A DNA stretch of 63,839 nt, filler included, from Cercozoa sp. M6MM (GCA_040357565.1; 15 parts of 15 records of this genome joined end to end with filler, not necessarily neighbours in it); one strand, 5' to 3'. Counted from the first letter of the whole stretch, positions 35,189 to 53,395 are shown. Program-made: numbers and translations. Notes: a model not told the origin generated them from the letters alone.

Positions 35189-37204
35189 ATATCCTCATAC
35201 AAACCAAAGTACAGGAGCAGCAATGACGAGTGACGTCGCAATATCGTTTGGTCGCACTTGCGATTTCTGTATTTCTCCGATCAGTGCAATGTGAACAATA
35301 ACTCGTGACACAAACTTACATCGTCAACGTGTTGTCCCAGTTCTAGATCCAATCTCAGAGCCTGCAATACGACAGCACAGTCGAGTGATAGTTGAGGAAA
35401 GGAACGTAGAAACAGAAGTACACGATGCAGCGACAGAAGAGCGCTGTGCACAGCCGCATAGCCAGCACATGCACCATGCATTGGCTCCACACCGAGCAAC
35501 GAGGCCTATGTTGCACTTGTTACCTCCCCCCTTTGACACTTAGAAAACAATCAGTTTACCACAGTGATAATGTGTCCTCGCACGCCACCACTCGTGTCGA
35601 CGTAGGTGTGCTTGTCGAGCATGGCAGGGACACACTCGCGTGTCACAACGCACCAAGCGCGCAGGACCTAATGTATAATGTAGATCGTTAGGTCACGTAT
35701 ACATTAAAGTTTACCTGTGCATGCAAGCGTGCCAATGCATCGCCATTGAGATCTGCGATGTGACGACGGCGTAGCTCATCCTCCACCCTACAGAATGATA
35801 GTAAAACACCCCCCAAATCATGAAAGAACTACCTTGCGTGGAAAACCACGACATCAACTGCTCCAAATTCGCGCAGCACCGATCGCAACGATCGCTAAAA
35901 CGACACAAAGAAGTATACAAACAAATTAACAGCAAAAAAGCGTCCAGACTCGACGCACCTTGAGTAAAGCGACGTCTGTTAAGTCTGCAACGACAAATCG
36001 CACAAGTGGTCTAGAGTTAAAGCGACCGAATCAAAACCTCAAAGTAAAGTCAAGTCTGTTTAGAATGACAACTCACAAGTTCAACCGCATCATGCGCTGG
36101 GCGACGTCCTCGATGTCATCCTGCGAGTTTATCATCTCAAACAAACTACCCAGACACGAATACTGCAAAAGCAAAACACACGTCATCCGAGTCGAAATTG
36201 TCAAACACTGAAACCGAATCTTCGCTGTCGCTGGCGTCTCTGTTTTTCCGTTTGAAAGAAAAGATTGTAACAAAACTGCGAGTTTGTGAAAGGCGGCAAA
36301 ATCGTACGATTCGCTTCGAAAGCCGTCAAAGGCCGAGAAATTCGAGAAATGCGCAAATTCGCTTTGTTCGCTCCTGTGACACGATACAATATAATACATG
36401 AAAAACAGAAACGTGTTTCATGGTACATGCGCATTTGCCGACGTTTGCGTGAAACAAAACTGTCCCAAGTGTCTGCAAGCAAGTACAAGCTTGCAATCAC
36501 CGTGAAAAATAAAAGAAGGTAATACCAACTAGAACACGCAATTCTCGTGCCGATCGGCCCAACGCAACCACCGTTGCACTGTTAAAAGTTCAACAGATCG
36601 AAACTAAAATCGGATCTCAACGCAAAAACTGTACCCGCTCCCATGCCGTTCAGCGATGCGTCTCTAAGCGCAATAGACACAAACAGTCTGGTTGTAATCC
36701 AGACATACAAGTGCAAGGTACCAAAAGTTGCCATCCGACGGGTCCAGCAGCATCCGTGAGCAGAAAAACCCGCCGTTTGAGTCGCTCCGCGCGGCGTCGT
36801 TGAGCCACTCGCCACAGACTGACACAACAAATAAACACTTTTAGTGCTCACAAGGGGAACATACTGTGCCAGGAAGAAGAATGCGCTGAGAACTAGCAGC
36901 GAAGACACGTCTCGGCGGCGTCGTAACGTTCGATACAGCGCCCGGGCGGAAAGGTACCACTTCCGCGCGAAATCCGTGCCAATCATTTTTCGTGAAACGT
37001 GTGGTTGCACACAGCGTGCACGGGCTGTTAAATGCGCTCACCAGCAACTATAGAGTATCAGCACGCTCCTAGGATTCTCAAATGCTCCAGACGCCGGTGC
37101 TGTTGTGCCTTTGGCGGCAAAAAAAAACAAAACCGAGTCTTTTGGTTTCATTCTTTGATGGCAAATTAGATCGCTAAGTATAATTAGAGAGTACGAGTGG
37201 TGGC

Positions 37205-38153
37205 ATGAATGATGATGTACCGTTGGAGACGACGATTCGTGAGCAATGGCGATTCAAGGTATCTTTTGCGTATGTGGATGAATATTTGCATATGTTGCTT
37301 TTCGCTGTTTTGTCAGTCTTGGTTGGACGCGTTTCCACTGAATCAACAAACAGTGTTGGATTACTTCCGGCACTCGCATTTTTATCTGCGGAGCTGCAAC
37401 AACGAGGTGCTCGCGATGCAGGGTCGTGTTCCGTCGCCTGCCACCTGTAAAGTGCAGTGTACTTGCATAGTGCAGTATACTTGCATAGTGCAGTATACTT
37501 GCATATCTTGAATACAAGACTGTGTGTGTGCCGAACAGTGAGCCAGATGAAAGGCCTCGAATACGGCCTCGTTCCAAGCAGTGATCCCGATCTGTTCGTC
37601 ATTGAGAAGAGTAGCACTGGCTTGTCTTTTGTTGTCCATACGCTTTCTCGATGTGTTTACAGGGTGGCGAATCTCGCCTGACCGAACAGAGTTGCTGCAC
37701 GTGTTTTTCATTGTTGGCGGCACAAACGAGTGCGTTTTCTCTCTTTGTTTCCCATCTTTTTCGGTGCAACGGTTTTGTGCAGGAATGCACGTGGTCGGGT
37801 ATTTCCCCTGCCTGACATGCGAGGCGTCGTACGCTAACTTTAACTTTGTGTTGAGGGTTTCTTTTGATTCTTTCGCTTTTGGAAGAAAACAGGTCAGAGC
37901 ACGGTGCTCGTCTGCGCTCTTCCATTTGCGAGAAGCAGTGACACAGCTTCTTTCAACCGAGCCGAGCGACGACAACAACAACGACCTGGCTGCAGCACGT
38001 GTCGCAAACGAACGCATGATCGATGACGGTGACAGCGAGAATGCCGAGCGAGATCTGGAGGACGCCGATCCCGAGGACGCGGAGAGAAAGCGGATAACGA
38101 CCTCAGCTGTCGATCAGGCGCTGGCGCAACTCATCTCTTCTTCTCTCGATTAG
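37205..38153 (+). CDS. MED6: Mediator complex subunit 6
   Basis: QWRF|SWLDAFPLNQQTVLDYFRHSHFYLRSCNNEVLAMQ|...MKGLEYGL...PDLFVIEK matches the Med6 pattern LDYF...FY...CNNE...G.EY...P.LFVI. Confidence 0.85.
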
Positions 38154-38616
38154 CGCAGCAGTTCGAGGGCAAACCAAAAAAAATCAAGGAAAACACGATT
38201 GTTGAGAACTTCTGAACTGGGGGCTGATGAGCAACTGCGAGACGAAAACGTGGATGTGGGTCATCATCTCCATGGCCTATCCATGCAGTGTGTTGCGTTG
38301 CTCTGCCTCCATTTTTCTGAGCGGCGACTGACACTCGACTAGTTATTTGCAGTTTGCCCCAGGGCTTAGAGCGATGGTTTTACTGTGCACACAGACTAGA
38401 GATCGTTTGCACAATTCTCCAATGAATCGAATCCATCTCTTAGTGTAAATTTCCAAGAACGTGACCGCGATTAAAATCCTTCGCTTGTGCGTGAGAAACC
38501 TTGCCACGGCATAACAGCATTCATTGACGTCAAGTGCATGATGGATGCATGGATCACATACGGTCATAAAGCGAAGGAACGAAACGGAACGGAAAGAAGA
38601 CTTCAAGACATGTAAA

Positions 38617-42549
<3,933 letters not shown>

Positions 42550-43443
42550 TTTCTGTCTTCTTTGCCTAGATGTACAACGAAGCCAGCGCGTTCGCTCTAA
42601 CAATTAATGACACCTCTGATGTGCCCCACACTCAATCGAGTCTCTAAATACGCCTCTGGCGGACAGAGTTTGGTTTATATTTTTCATATGTGGCTACACT
42701 TGGGCTTTTCAGCATTTTTTTGTTCATGTATTGAGCTCTAAATGGTGTGCCTATTCCAGTAAACGTCCCTTTATGTGCGCCGTACTTTGTGATTGTTAAT
42801 ATGCGGCGGCCGGCAGGAAAATGCACAGGTACCTTTTGCACGCAAGCGGGTTGGATCATTAGGGTGAGAGCGAGCGAATCTGGCTATAACCGTTATGCTA
42901 ACGCATCAAGTGGCGCGGTGCAGTTAAGTGCGTTGCGGATTTTGGGAGAGCGGTTTCAACTTCAGCTTGCAGGCAGCGTCGTGTCCCTGGCGAAGCGCCG
43001 AGGCTGAGTTGTGTCCAGTCAACTGACTCGAATCCAAAAGTGATCGGGATCAGGAGAGTTTCGCCAGCTTGCTGACTCCGCGTTGTGTTGTATCAACGCC
43101 TGAGATGATGGACTCACGCTTGCCGATGCAACGGTACTCGGCAGTTGCGCGTGATGTCACGGTAAACGCTCTTGCAACTTGTGAGTGTCTTCTTGAGCGA
43201 AGCGTTTCACCCGGTCTTGATACTCACCAAACGATAGATACAAGCACCGCCAGTGACATTAGCCGGGGCCGGAAATTCTGTGTGCAACTCGGTCTGCACG
43301 ACGCCGCTCTTCTCGACGAGTGCCGTGAACTTTGGCTCGTTCTTTCCTGCATCGCCCACTTGGTATTCCCTCATACTGTACGATCCCGGCAGAAAGAATA
43401 AAGGTATCCTTTGATGTGTTATGACAGGTCGGCCCAGCCAGGC

Positions 43444-46400
43444 ATGTTGCTGCACCGCAGTGCACAGACGTCGCCGTTGGAACCAACTACGGCCAATTAT
43501 TTTCCATCGTCGGCGTCGCGGTCCGTGCTGTCGCCGGGTCCGGTGTTGTTGTCGCCCCGTGTTGCCGCCGCTTCAGGTCTGGGTGTGCCAGTCAACACAA
43601 ACACTGGCGGCGAATCTTCGAGCAGTTCCGAAAACACCTCTTGTGACAGTATCAGCAACGACAATTCAAGTGTCGGTTTCTCTGGCAGTGAGCTTCAGAG
43701 TGGCATATCTCTTGCGTGTCCGGAAAACACTCTCAGTAGTACGCACAACGACTCGCACAACTCACAACTCGACACGCGCGGCGACGAAAACGAAACAGAG
43801 CAATCGAATTTGCCGCGACCGCATGCGCAGTCGTTGGGTGAAACATCAAACGCGCGAAGTGCCGTATTCCCTGTCACTCAGTGCAGCGCGCGACTACCTC
43901 GGTACGTGCGCCAATTGCCTCCGACATTGCCAGTCAACTTCGCCAGCGATTCGCGCTTTCGCTTATGTACCAACTTGTCCTTTCCTTTACCAACGTTATT
44001 GTTTGAAAGCTACGTTTTTTTTTGTTGTCGCAGCTCGCGATCCGGCGAAACGCGCGGCAGCCATGAAGGAAATGTTTGAGCGATACCGTTCGCAGTTGCG
44101 AGGTGTCGTGTCGCGCTTGTCCCCTGCAGAAAGGTGTGTCTTCTGCCTGGTGCAGTACAAACAGAACCCTTGTAATTTTGGACATGTTATGAGTGTCCAG
44201 AGCGAGTCTGGGGATACCGCAAGACCTGAGTGACTGTCCGTCAGAAGTGACAGGTCGCATCATGCAAGATGCTCAGCAGGTGCAGGCTTTAGCGATTGCG
44301 CGTCGATTGACGCCCGAACAAGCCGCATTGCATTCTGCAGGGATGCAACGTCTTGTAATGCTTCTTTCCTATCCCTGGTTTGGTTTGTTTGGTTTTTCAC
44401 ATTGAAAGTGCGCACAGCAAGTGCAAGCTGCTCTCAAGAAACGACAAGAAGCAGTCGTACCTGCACAGACGTCAACTCAGCCAGTGAGCAACGACAACAG
44501 CAATCCTGGGAGACTCGAAACTCGACCGTCAGTTGCAACACTGCCCGTGCATGCTCAGACGGCGACGCAAACAATGTCGCTTATGTCGAAACAGCGACAG
44601 TTTGAAATGTAGTAGATATCTCGTGCTCAACTAAGTTTACTCTTTGTTTTGCTACCTGTGTTCGTGTAGGTTTTTGCAATACCAGCAGATGATCAAGGCT
44701 GCCGCAGTGCAGAAGCAGGCTGGACGCCAATGAGCTCAACAGTCTCCCGCCTGCCAGAATCCGTCCCGTCTACGCCAACGCAAGTTTCCTCGATGCATGA
44801 CCAGCTCAGTGCGGTAGCCTTAGCGACCCGCGACGCATGGCAGCTACAGGAGACAGTACACGTCATTCGACGCGATCCTCGCTTTCGATCCGTTCAATTT
44901 ACAGTAAATCTGAGTTCAGTCGAGTTCGTAGATACGATACGTCGCATTTAAATCAGCCAACTGCCAGTGCGGTGCATTTTGTGAAATTCGTGGCATTAAT
45001 ATTAATGTTGAGTATCGCTCAGTGCATGGACCAGACCAGGCTGACTTTGCAATTGGCATGCATATGTACCAGTATGTCTACTCTACTCCATGTATGCGTC
45101 CACTAAAACTACCGCCCGACTGGTTTTCAATTTTGCTTCTTTCAAACTCGCCAAACTGGTCAGCTCCGAGTCGAAACTCTACACCACGTGCTACAGTACT
45201 CCATATTCTATAGAGTTTCGACCAAGTAAAGACAACGTGACTGCGTCAGCTTGAGCTTCGACCAAGGCAAAGTGAAAATTCCCGAGATGAGATTCTTGGC
45301 AACCTTGGTCGCTCTGTCAGTGCGACTGGCACTCGGAGCCGGCCGGAGCGACTCTGCTCCTCAGGTAATGCCACAGTCAGAGCAAAGCCTACACGCTGAA
45401 CTCGCAAACGCTGTGGACCAGACGGAAGTCCCGTGGCCGACAAGCTACGTGCCATCAGAGACACCAGCAGCACCCGGTTCCTCCCTCGAACAATGTCTGC
45501 TGTCGTTCAAACAAGGAAGCGAAGTTCCCAAGCTTCTTGTCGCCGTCGTTCCCGATGCACAGCAGCAGCTGGGAGTTGTTTCCAACTTTTGCGGCGCTAG
45601 CCATGTGGCTCGCGACTTTGAAACCACCAGCGGTCGACTTGAATATACTATCTTGCCTATCGATACCACCGCTGTTGGTTTCGGTCTTGAAGCGGTGAGT
45701 TCGTGTTGAGTGATTTTACTGTACCTTTATATTTTACTGTGCGCTCTATGGTTGATTCCGATAGGCGCTCCCGCTGATATGGTTGGCCGCTGTGTACTCC
45801 AACTGCGAGCGTGAGAAGTCCAAAGTGAAAGTTGCACGCACTGCACTCGCGCAAGAGCAGCAGACTTCAGAACTGATGGAAATGCTTGAGGCCGCCACCT
45901 TCTTGGGAGCTACCAACGAACTGCGCGAGCTCGTTTTGTCGATGGTAGTTGAGCATGCGAGTTTCTCGTGGGACAACACGTGGCGTGTCTTCAACGCTGT
46001 GCTGCCGCCGCTGCCAGGAGAAATCGGACGTCCGTTTTTCAACATACGGTACAGTAAAACACTGTACAGCGGAGTGAAGTTCATTGCAAGTGTGACTTGC
46101 GCAGTTGCATTACTGTTTTTGTCATTAGGAACACGTTGTCGTCTGTACTGCCGTCGTCCTACGATTGTCGAGGGATTGACGATGCAACGAAAAAGCGCGT
46201 GTCTATCATAAATGGTCAGTTCCAGGTTGCTGAAAATTCAAGTACCAGTAATTTACAACACGATATGTCAAGTTGAAAATGCGGAATACTGTAAATAGTG
46301 CTCTTTGACGCGGTCGGGTATCGTCGAATTGACCTCTCAAAGGGCACACTGAAGGCAGTCTCGTTGTTTGATGCGAACCAGCCTGCCAGTGCTCCCCAAC

Positions 46401-48054
46401 CAGCAATCAGCGCGGGTGCGGTGTCAAAGATAACTGTCGCAGAGGAACAGCCAAAAGTTCAGTACAAAGACCAAGGGCTATGGCGCCGACTGATAGAGCA
46501 TCAGGTGCCGATTCAAAAGATTGAGATAAGAGGTGCTCCAATCAACTCGGCTCTCACTGAGCTTCTCAAAGGTATAATTTACATACCTACTGTGTAAAAC
46601 TTACAACGGTAACTGTATTTAGCTCATTTACAATTTCTTGAGTACCAGAGCAGGACATTATACCTAAAGCTTCAAGCTTGTTTAAGTGTACGTACGTAGA
46701 CTCGGAGTGGAATCCGCAAAAACTCTTGTTGAACCGTCGCCTTCTTCGACAGCCGCAGCAGCGAGACTGATTTCTTTGCTTGGACAAAGAGCAGATCGGA
46801 GCTGACAGAACTTGGAGTGTGGGAGCTGGCAGTGTCTGCAACTTTGGTGAGTGGTGCTCCTTTTGGCGGCTTATCCAAGCTGATCGACAGTAAACTGTAC
46901 CTGGGTAGGACGATCGTGGCAGAATCACTTTGGAACTGCTGCAACAAGGATTGCCTTCGAATTTGAAAGCGTTACAACTTCAAGACACTGCAGTGACGAA
47001 CCTGTTGCAGGCGTCGTCGCTGGCATCATCGACACCCGCATTGGCCACTTTGGTCCTGAGCGAGACTTCACCGAGTCCCGAAGACATCGTAATCACCAGT
47101 TTCGTTCCTACCGGACAGTATGTCAGTGTTCAGTCGAGCAAGCCTCTTTTTTGCCGTGTTCAGGCTTCGCTGCACGGTCTCAAGCTTACCAATTTATCAA
47201 TAATACAGAAGTCACTTTCTGAGGCTCACATGGCCGCGCTAGCGCAAGTGCTGGAAAGAGGAATGGCAGAGACACTGCAGAGTTTGGGTACACCGCACAA
47301 CACGAACTGAGGACGTGTGATCGCCTGAGCTTTCACATCGCATGACTTGGTTTAGTGGTACACGGTTGGAGAGTTCCTCCGATCAACAACGTGCTCGCAC
47401 AAGTACTGACGTCGCAAACACCTTGTTCTCTGGTACAGGTTCTTGTTTGTTTGGCCACATGCACGATCGTCTTGCATAAAACTGTAGGTGCGCTTGGAGT
47501 TGAACGTATTCGCCGATATATCTAGCATCGATAAGTTGGCCGCCTTATTGGCCAAGTGCCAGTTGCTTGAGGTTTTCTTCACAGTTCACATAGTGCTTGG
47601 AGTACTGGCATGCAATTTCTTTAGCACCGCATTCATGGGACATTGCGCAGGAACTGTGGTTACCACGGGATTTGCCGCCCAGGTCTGTCAAGATACTGGT
47701 AAATACAACATACCGTCTGGTGCAGCAATACCGGAGGATTAACTAGGCCGGACATTTTTGGTTGTCAATCTAGCTGGACTCCATAAGTTCTGACAAGATT
47801 CGCGTCCTTGTGATTCCCTCTGACCTCAACGATGAAGTTTGCATCAACTGCTTGCTTCCATTCCTTCGGCACAAGGCTCAGTCTTTGCGGAGAGTTTCCG
47901 GACCGGGCATGGGTATAAGAATCTTCATCAATGCAGCCCTGTGGGCCTGTACTGTAAAATGCACTGAAGTCTCCAAGAACTGCATCACTGCACTGAACAA
48001 AGCGCTGTCTGAAATACATGGGCTTCACGACAACATGGTCATCACTCTAGAAGG
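43444..48054 (+). CDS. Large multi-exon gene (possibly two): Ser-rich N-terminal part and RNI-like leucine-rich-repeat 3' part
   Basis: Long exons with LxxLxL patterns (LPSNLKALQLQDT, LATLVLSET, LKLTNLSII, AETLQSL). Structure not resolved by eye. Confidence 0.4.
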
Positions 48055-48086
48055 TACGCCTGTTCACCTCCCTCTTTGATTTTTCA

Positions 48087-48146
<60 letters not shown>

Positions 48147-48246
48147 NNNNNNNNNNNNNNNNNNNNNNNNNNNNNNNNNNNNNNNNNNNNTTAATTAATT
48201 AANNNNNNNNNNNNNNNNNNNNNNNNNNNNNNNNNNNNNNNNNNNN

Positions 48247-48319
<73 letters not shown>

Positions 48320-48358
48320 AAACACAACCAAGTAGACACCCCTCTTTTGACTGTTCAG

Positions 48359-48973
48359 GTCACGCGCCAAGTGATCGTGCGATCGCGCTCGAAAAACGCC
48401 GAGATTTCGCGCGTCTTTGACTCGCTGTTCGACGAACACGGCTGCGTAAGTTGTTTGTCAAGGCAAACTGAAGGTTGCGTCTTGGTATGGAGGCACGTGG
48501 TAGGACCCAAGTGCGCTGCACAAGGAGGCCGTGACGCACACCTTCAAGGGCAGGCAGTACTCGCTGCCGCTGCTGGTGTGGGCCGTCGCTGTCCCTGCTA
48601 GTGCAGAGGAGAAGTCGCAGCGGCATGCCGTTGTGCAGGAGCTGCTGCGGCGCGGTTCGTCGCCCTGGTCGGCCGCCTCGCTGTTCGACTCGGCACCGCT
48701 GGTGGTGCAGTCCGACATGCGCGACAAGGACTGCACTGTGGTGGCGTTGCCCCCTCCCCACGTTCTCACCATCGTTATCGTTATAAGACATGATGTGTGT
48801 CCCTGCAGTACGACTACACGCAAAAGATGCCGGTGGTGTGCCACGTGGCAATGCCCACGACGGCTGTCGAAACCATCGACAGTGCCACGTATCTGACTCT
48901 CCTGGAGGCCATGTACTCGGACACCTACCTGCAGGGTATCTACTCCTCCTGTCCATACCTGTGTATGTCTACT

Positions 48974-49021
<48 letters not shown>

Positions 49022-49031
49022 NNNNNNNNNN

Positions 49032-49081
<50 letters not shown>

Positions 49082-50275
49082 GTGGGACAGAACACAAGCC
49101 AGTCGGTGAGCATCTGGTGTGGAGTGGCACTCTGCACCGCTTGATGCGTTTCCCGGTGGACGACAGTGGTCTGCTGAGTCGCGTGCTGTCGCATCCGCGC
49201 GTCGGTCTGGCCGCCGGCTCTGGTGTCGAGCGACTCGAGGTACCAGTTCTTCTCCTTCTGCTTCTCTGTCTTCTCCTTCTTCTCCTTCTTCTCCTTCTTC
49301 TCCTTCTTCTCCTTCTTCTCCTTCGTTTAACTGACTCGTGGTTGTTGCAGCTCCTGAACGCGAAAGTGTTCGAGTGTTTGTGCGGCTTTGGACCGTCGTA
49401 CTTCTTTCCTTTAATCTTTCAGTCTCATCTTCACTCTCAAGTGTTTTCCTTTTTGTGCAGTCGCTTCCGTCAGCACATTCTGCGCTTCGGCCGCGAGATC
49501 TCGGCGAACCAGGTAGCGCTGTCCGCGCGGACGTCTTACGATGCATGATGGAAACACTGACTTGATTGTGAGTGTGAGTTTAGGTGAACAATGCGCGATT
49601 ACTGCTGGAGGCAGGTTGCAGGTACGGACGAGAGCACCGTATCGCTTTTGCTTTTCTCCTTTTTGCACATTGGAGGTGGCTAGATGGCTACACATGTGTG
49701 TGTGGTGTCGCAGGCAGGTACTTGGGCCTGCTGGTGATGCATGCGTCGGATCTGAAGGTGGCGGCCGACCTGGCATCGGATTTGATCCGTACCACTCCTT
49801 TTTCTGTCTTTTCTTAGTCACAACTCTAAAAATCTGATGCAGGTGGCGGTGTTCCCTTGCCTGAAATGTCCACTGAACGAGATGCCGCCTTTAAAAGTAC
49901 TTTAGGACTACACATAGTACACAGCGCCCTTCACCAAGTAACTTTTTTGAGAACAGGTCAAATCCAGTTGGACGAGGCTCATAGTCGTTGCGTCGATTTC
50001 CTTGGTACTTCTGACCCATTCTAACAGGTGCTTGCAGTATCGAAGAGAGAGGGAGAGAGGAGAGTTTAAACTGAGCAGACGTGACCGTGAGCGACATCCG
50101 CGCTGAGCGTGTCAATGTCGCCAAGATTCTCACTGAGCCGGCATTCGACATGCCGTCCGACATGGTAGTCGAGGTGCTCAGCTGTCTCTGCAACAACGAC
50201 ACCGTCGACGGCATGTCACGCAAGCACGCCTACGCACTCGTGCACGAGTCGATGCACCGACAGTCAGTCGAGTGA
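48359..50275 (+). CDS. 3' exons of a gene of unknown function
   Basis: A chain of exons separated by GT-AG introns with (GT)n and (TTCTCCTTC)n fill ends ...HESMHRQSVE*. Confidence 0.5.
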
Positions 50276-51895
50276 GCGACTTACAAAGGTATCGAAGATG
50301 ATGACTAAATAAAGGAAGTGTAACGTCAGTTATAAAGACGTCGAAGTAGGATGAAAAACGAAGACATAACCTTGTAGAAAAGGTCGTCATATGCTTGACG
50401 GCTTCTTTGAAGTTAATTAAATCAGCCCAAGCACTATCGGGACTAAGCTCCGTCTAAGGAAGCTGGGAGGTACGCAGTCAAAGTGCGTTAGCTAGATTTG
50501 ACTCAAGCAGGAACTCAGGTCTGCACAGCACTTGACTTTGCAAAGCAAACATAGTTTGAGAAAGGCAAACATAGTCTGGACTCGGTCCCAACCGGAATCT
50601 TGGCTCAGTCGGCCAGGCAGTGATTCAGCATCATCCTATCGGCTCAAATTAGGATTGGCTGGTCAGCACAAAACCCAGATGTCTTGCAAAGCAGCGGACT
50701 GACTGACAGCACAGCACGCACTGTAGCCACACACCTCGCTTACAAGCATCATTGAAGCTCTCTGGCGGGTTTACTGCCTCCCACAACACGCATGGAGCAC
50801 CTGGAGAATCCTGACGACGAAAGTCGCCGCCGTTTGCCGGAAAGGCGCTGCAGACTGCAAAAACCAGGTTGCCGTTTGTCCTGGATATAAATTGTATGTG
50901 CGTTGTGGTTCGGGCTCCTGTTGCCCCATGCACCAACCTTTGGTTGTATCTTTTGTCTGCCATCGTCTGTGATTTATTTCGTGCAGCTCGAATCAAGACC
51001 AAGGACGCGAAGCACGAGCAACTTCCGGCGCCACAGGCCCGGTTTGTCAGGCTGCCTGGTGGAAAGATATTGTGAACCGACACTGCGGTGTCCTGCAGTT
51101 CGACATGCCAGTGCAAGCACGCAAAAAAGTACGCATGCGACCTGCCGCGGAGCAAGCGATACCACCGGCAGCGCAGCAAACAGTGCCAGCTGCAGCACAT
51201 CAAGCGGTCCGGCCTCCTGTCCAGCCAGATAACGACGGAGAAATCAGGGACATCGCGTTGACTCGAGTCGCGAGTCGGGAGGCCTCGCGTCCGGCACGTG
51301 TGTTGCTATCCGCGTCTCTTGGGTATCCCGGTGTCTGGTTTGCCGCTTTGTCTCGTTTTGTGGCTCTCACGCGCTGTGTTGCACGAGCAAATTCAAGATT
51401 TTTTGAAAGATCATACACTTCTAGAGCTGCTCTATATTCGAGTGATCCAATCGGATGCAGATGTCGACCTAGATCAGTTTAGCGTACGTCTAACCTTGTC
51501 GTGAGAGGTGGACGAAAACCTGGAGTTCGAAAGCCAAACATTGTGGACGACGCTCGGTCCACTGACCGTGACTAGCTAGTCTTTAGTTGGCAGGCCGCGC
51601 CTTTGCTTAAGTTGTAACGGCAGACTCAGTGAGTGTTAAGTGTGTAATGACAGATTCAATCAGTACGGTAGTGACAGACTAAGCAGTGACAGACTCACGT
51701 CAGTAGGCTTCGACCTGAAGCGTCATCTCCTCCAACACGCGCATGCGCCACAGTGCGCGCGCCAGTCGGTCGCAGCAGCTGTCATACCAGCCANNNNNNN
51801 NNNNNNNNNNNNNNNNNNNNNNNNNNNNNNNNNNNNNTTAATTAATTAANNNNNNNNNNNNNNNNNNNNNNNNNNNNNNNNNNNNNNNNNNNNAT

Positions 51896-52669
51896 ATGTT
51901 GCCGGATGATCGCATGTTGCGGCGCGATTTGGCGAGCGCCAGGCTTCAGCTTATCCAGCAAAAGCTCGGTTTGGGCTCTGACAACGATGAGATTGGATCG
52001 GTAATCCACCGCCATATTCATGTTCACCTATGGGATGAGGGAACTCGGGAGAAGGTTGCGGATATCGGACGTTCTGTCGTGGGGTTCATGAAGGGTGCGA
52101 TGAAGGCTGTTGGCGAGTTTGCGGAAGCTGAGCGCCACGGAACGATGACGCCGAAGGAGGCGTGGAGAGATTTCGCCACGGGCTTTACCGGTATGGTTGA
52201 TTTCATGCGGCCTGGCGGCGATCTTTCAAAGAATAGAACGCCGACTTCACCGCAGCCGGATAGATCTCAAGAGCAGGCGGCTATAATGGCAAAGCTCACA
52301 GGCGATGCTCCCACTAAAGTTGACCGGTCTGATCCTTCCGATAACATTTTAGCGGAGCGGTTCACAGAAGCTATGCAGCGTGTTTGTGCTACGGATGAAG
52401 AGCGGATTGTCGTGGTGCGCGTTGTTGCTGCGGCTATGGGGCAGTCTTTGGATGGTCAGTTAGACCAGGTGCGCGAAGAGGCTCCCGCAGAGGCGCAGTC
52501 CGACGTGGCTTCTGATGAGGTTGTTCATGTTGCGCCGGTGTCGGAGAATCCGAAGGAAAAAGAAGAAGTCGCACCGGCCCCCGCTAAGAAATTTCGGTTC
52601 TCAGCGCCACAGCCTGAGCCAGAAGGCGATGAGGAGATGTCGATGGGTATGGGTCCAGATTTAGGCTAA
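51896..52669 (+). CDS. Hypothetical protein, C-terminal part (acidic tail reminiscent of plasmid mobilisation proteins)
   Basis: Open 257-codon frame from the contig edge, ending PEPEGDEEMSMGMGPDLG*. No catalytic motif visible. Confidence 0.6.
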   Translation: MLPDDRMLRRDLASARLQLIQQKLGLGSDNDEIGSVIHRHIHVHLWDEGTREKVADIGRSVVGFMKGAMKAVGEFAEAERHGTMTPKEAWRDFATGFTGMVDFMRPGGDLSKNRTPTSPQPDRSQEQAAIMAKLTGDAPTKVDRSDPSDNILAERFTEAMQRVCATDEERIVVVRVVAAAMGQSLDGQLDQVREEAPAEAQSDVASDEVVHVAPVSENPKEKEEVAPAPAKKFRFSAPQPEPEGDEEMSMGMGPDLG

Positions 52670-52719
52670 AGGGCTCTCAGCGGTCGTTTTTGAGGGCCGT
52701 ACTGTAGATTTTGGTGTTC

Positions 52720-52754
52720 AAAAAAAAGGACCGGCTGTGAAGCGCGGTCCTTTT
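52720..52754. terminator. Bidirectional intrinsic terminator
   Basis: AAAAGGACCG-loop-CGGTCCTTTT hairpin with an A-run on the left and a T-run on the right, between convergent ORFs. Confidence 0.8.
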
Positions 52755-52789
52755 ATTGTTAGTGAGTGGTGTTACTTGCAGTGGTGTCG

Positions 52790-53293
52790 TTAGGGAGGTG
52801 CAAGGGGGGCGATATTCGAGACATTGTCCGGAGGTGCCGGATCAATGGGCTCTAGTGCTATCTCGACCTCGCGCTTGGGTGCTGCCTTCCGCAATCCATC
52901 TCGGTAGGCCACAATCCATTCTTGGGTATCCGCAATCGCGCTTTCAATATCAGGTGACTTGGGGGTGCGGTGAACCACCTCCGGCTCTGGTCGTCCTGGT
53001 GTCTGTAAGCGGACATCAACAGAATGCTTGCCAAGCCGAATATCGAGGTGCCAGGGCTGTTCATCCTGAGCGGGCGTCTTGAGGGTGTGGTCTTCATGCC
53101 AGACCTTTAGGAAGCCGAGCGCCTGTGCGGCTGTAGCTGTCGATTTTTCGGGGTTTTGGATGATGTCGCGCATTGCTTGTTCTAGCATGACGATCTGACG
53201 TGTCTTTTCGGTAGCCTCATCCATTAGGCTCTCGTAGCGGTCTGTTTGGTTGTGGCCAAAGGACGGTTTGTCGTCTTTCATCACGAAGGGCAT
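52790..53293 (-). CDS. Hypothetical protein (167 aa)
   Basis: AGGAGACCACA-ATG RBS; clean ORF. Confidence 0.75.
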   Translation of the reverse strand: MPFVMKDDKPSFGHNQTDRYESLMDEATEKTRQIVMLEQAMRDIIQNPEKSTATAAQALGFLKVWHEDHTLKTPAQDEQPWHLDIRLGKHSVDVRLQTPGRPEPEVVHRTPKSPDIESAIADTQEWIVAYRDGLRKAAPKREVEIALEPIDPAPPDNVSNIAPLAPP

Positions 53294-53395
53294 TGTGGTC
53301 TCCTCGTTTCTTGCGGTCCTCTTAGGGTCGTAACCTCATGCTCTCATGAAATCGGACAAAATGTAAGATATTGTTTTAATTTTTTACATTTGAAG

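Noticed and set aside
50730-50770. DDE transposase motif (IIEALWR)
   Set aside because: A single short motif in a broken frame, with no other catalytic residues or terminal inverted repeats found.
51896-52669. Calling this ORF a relaxase
   Set aside because: Only a tail-composition resemblance; no HUH or Tyr motifs are in the visible part.
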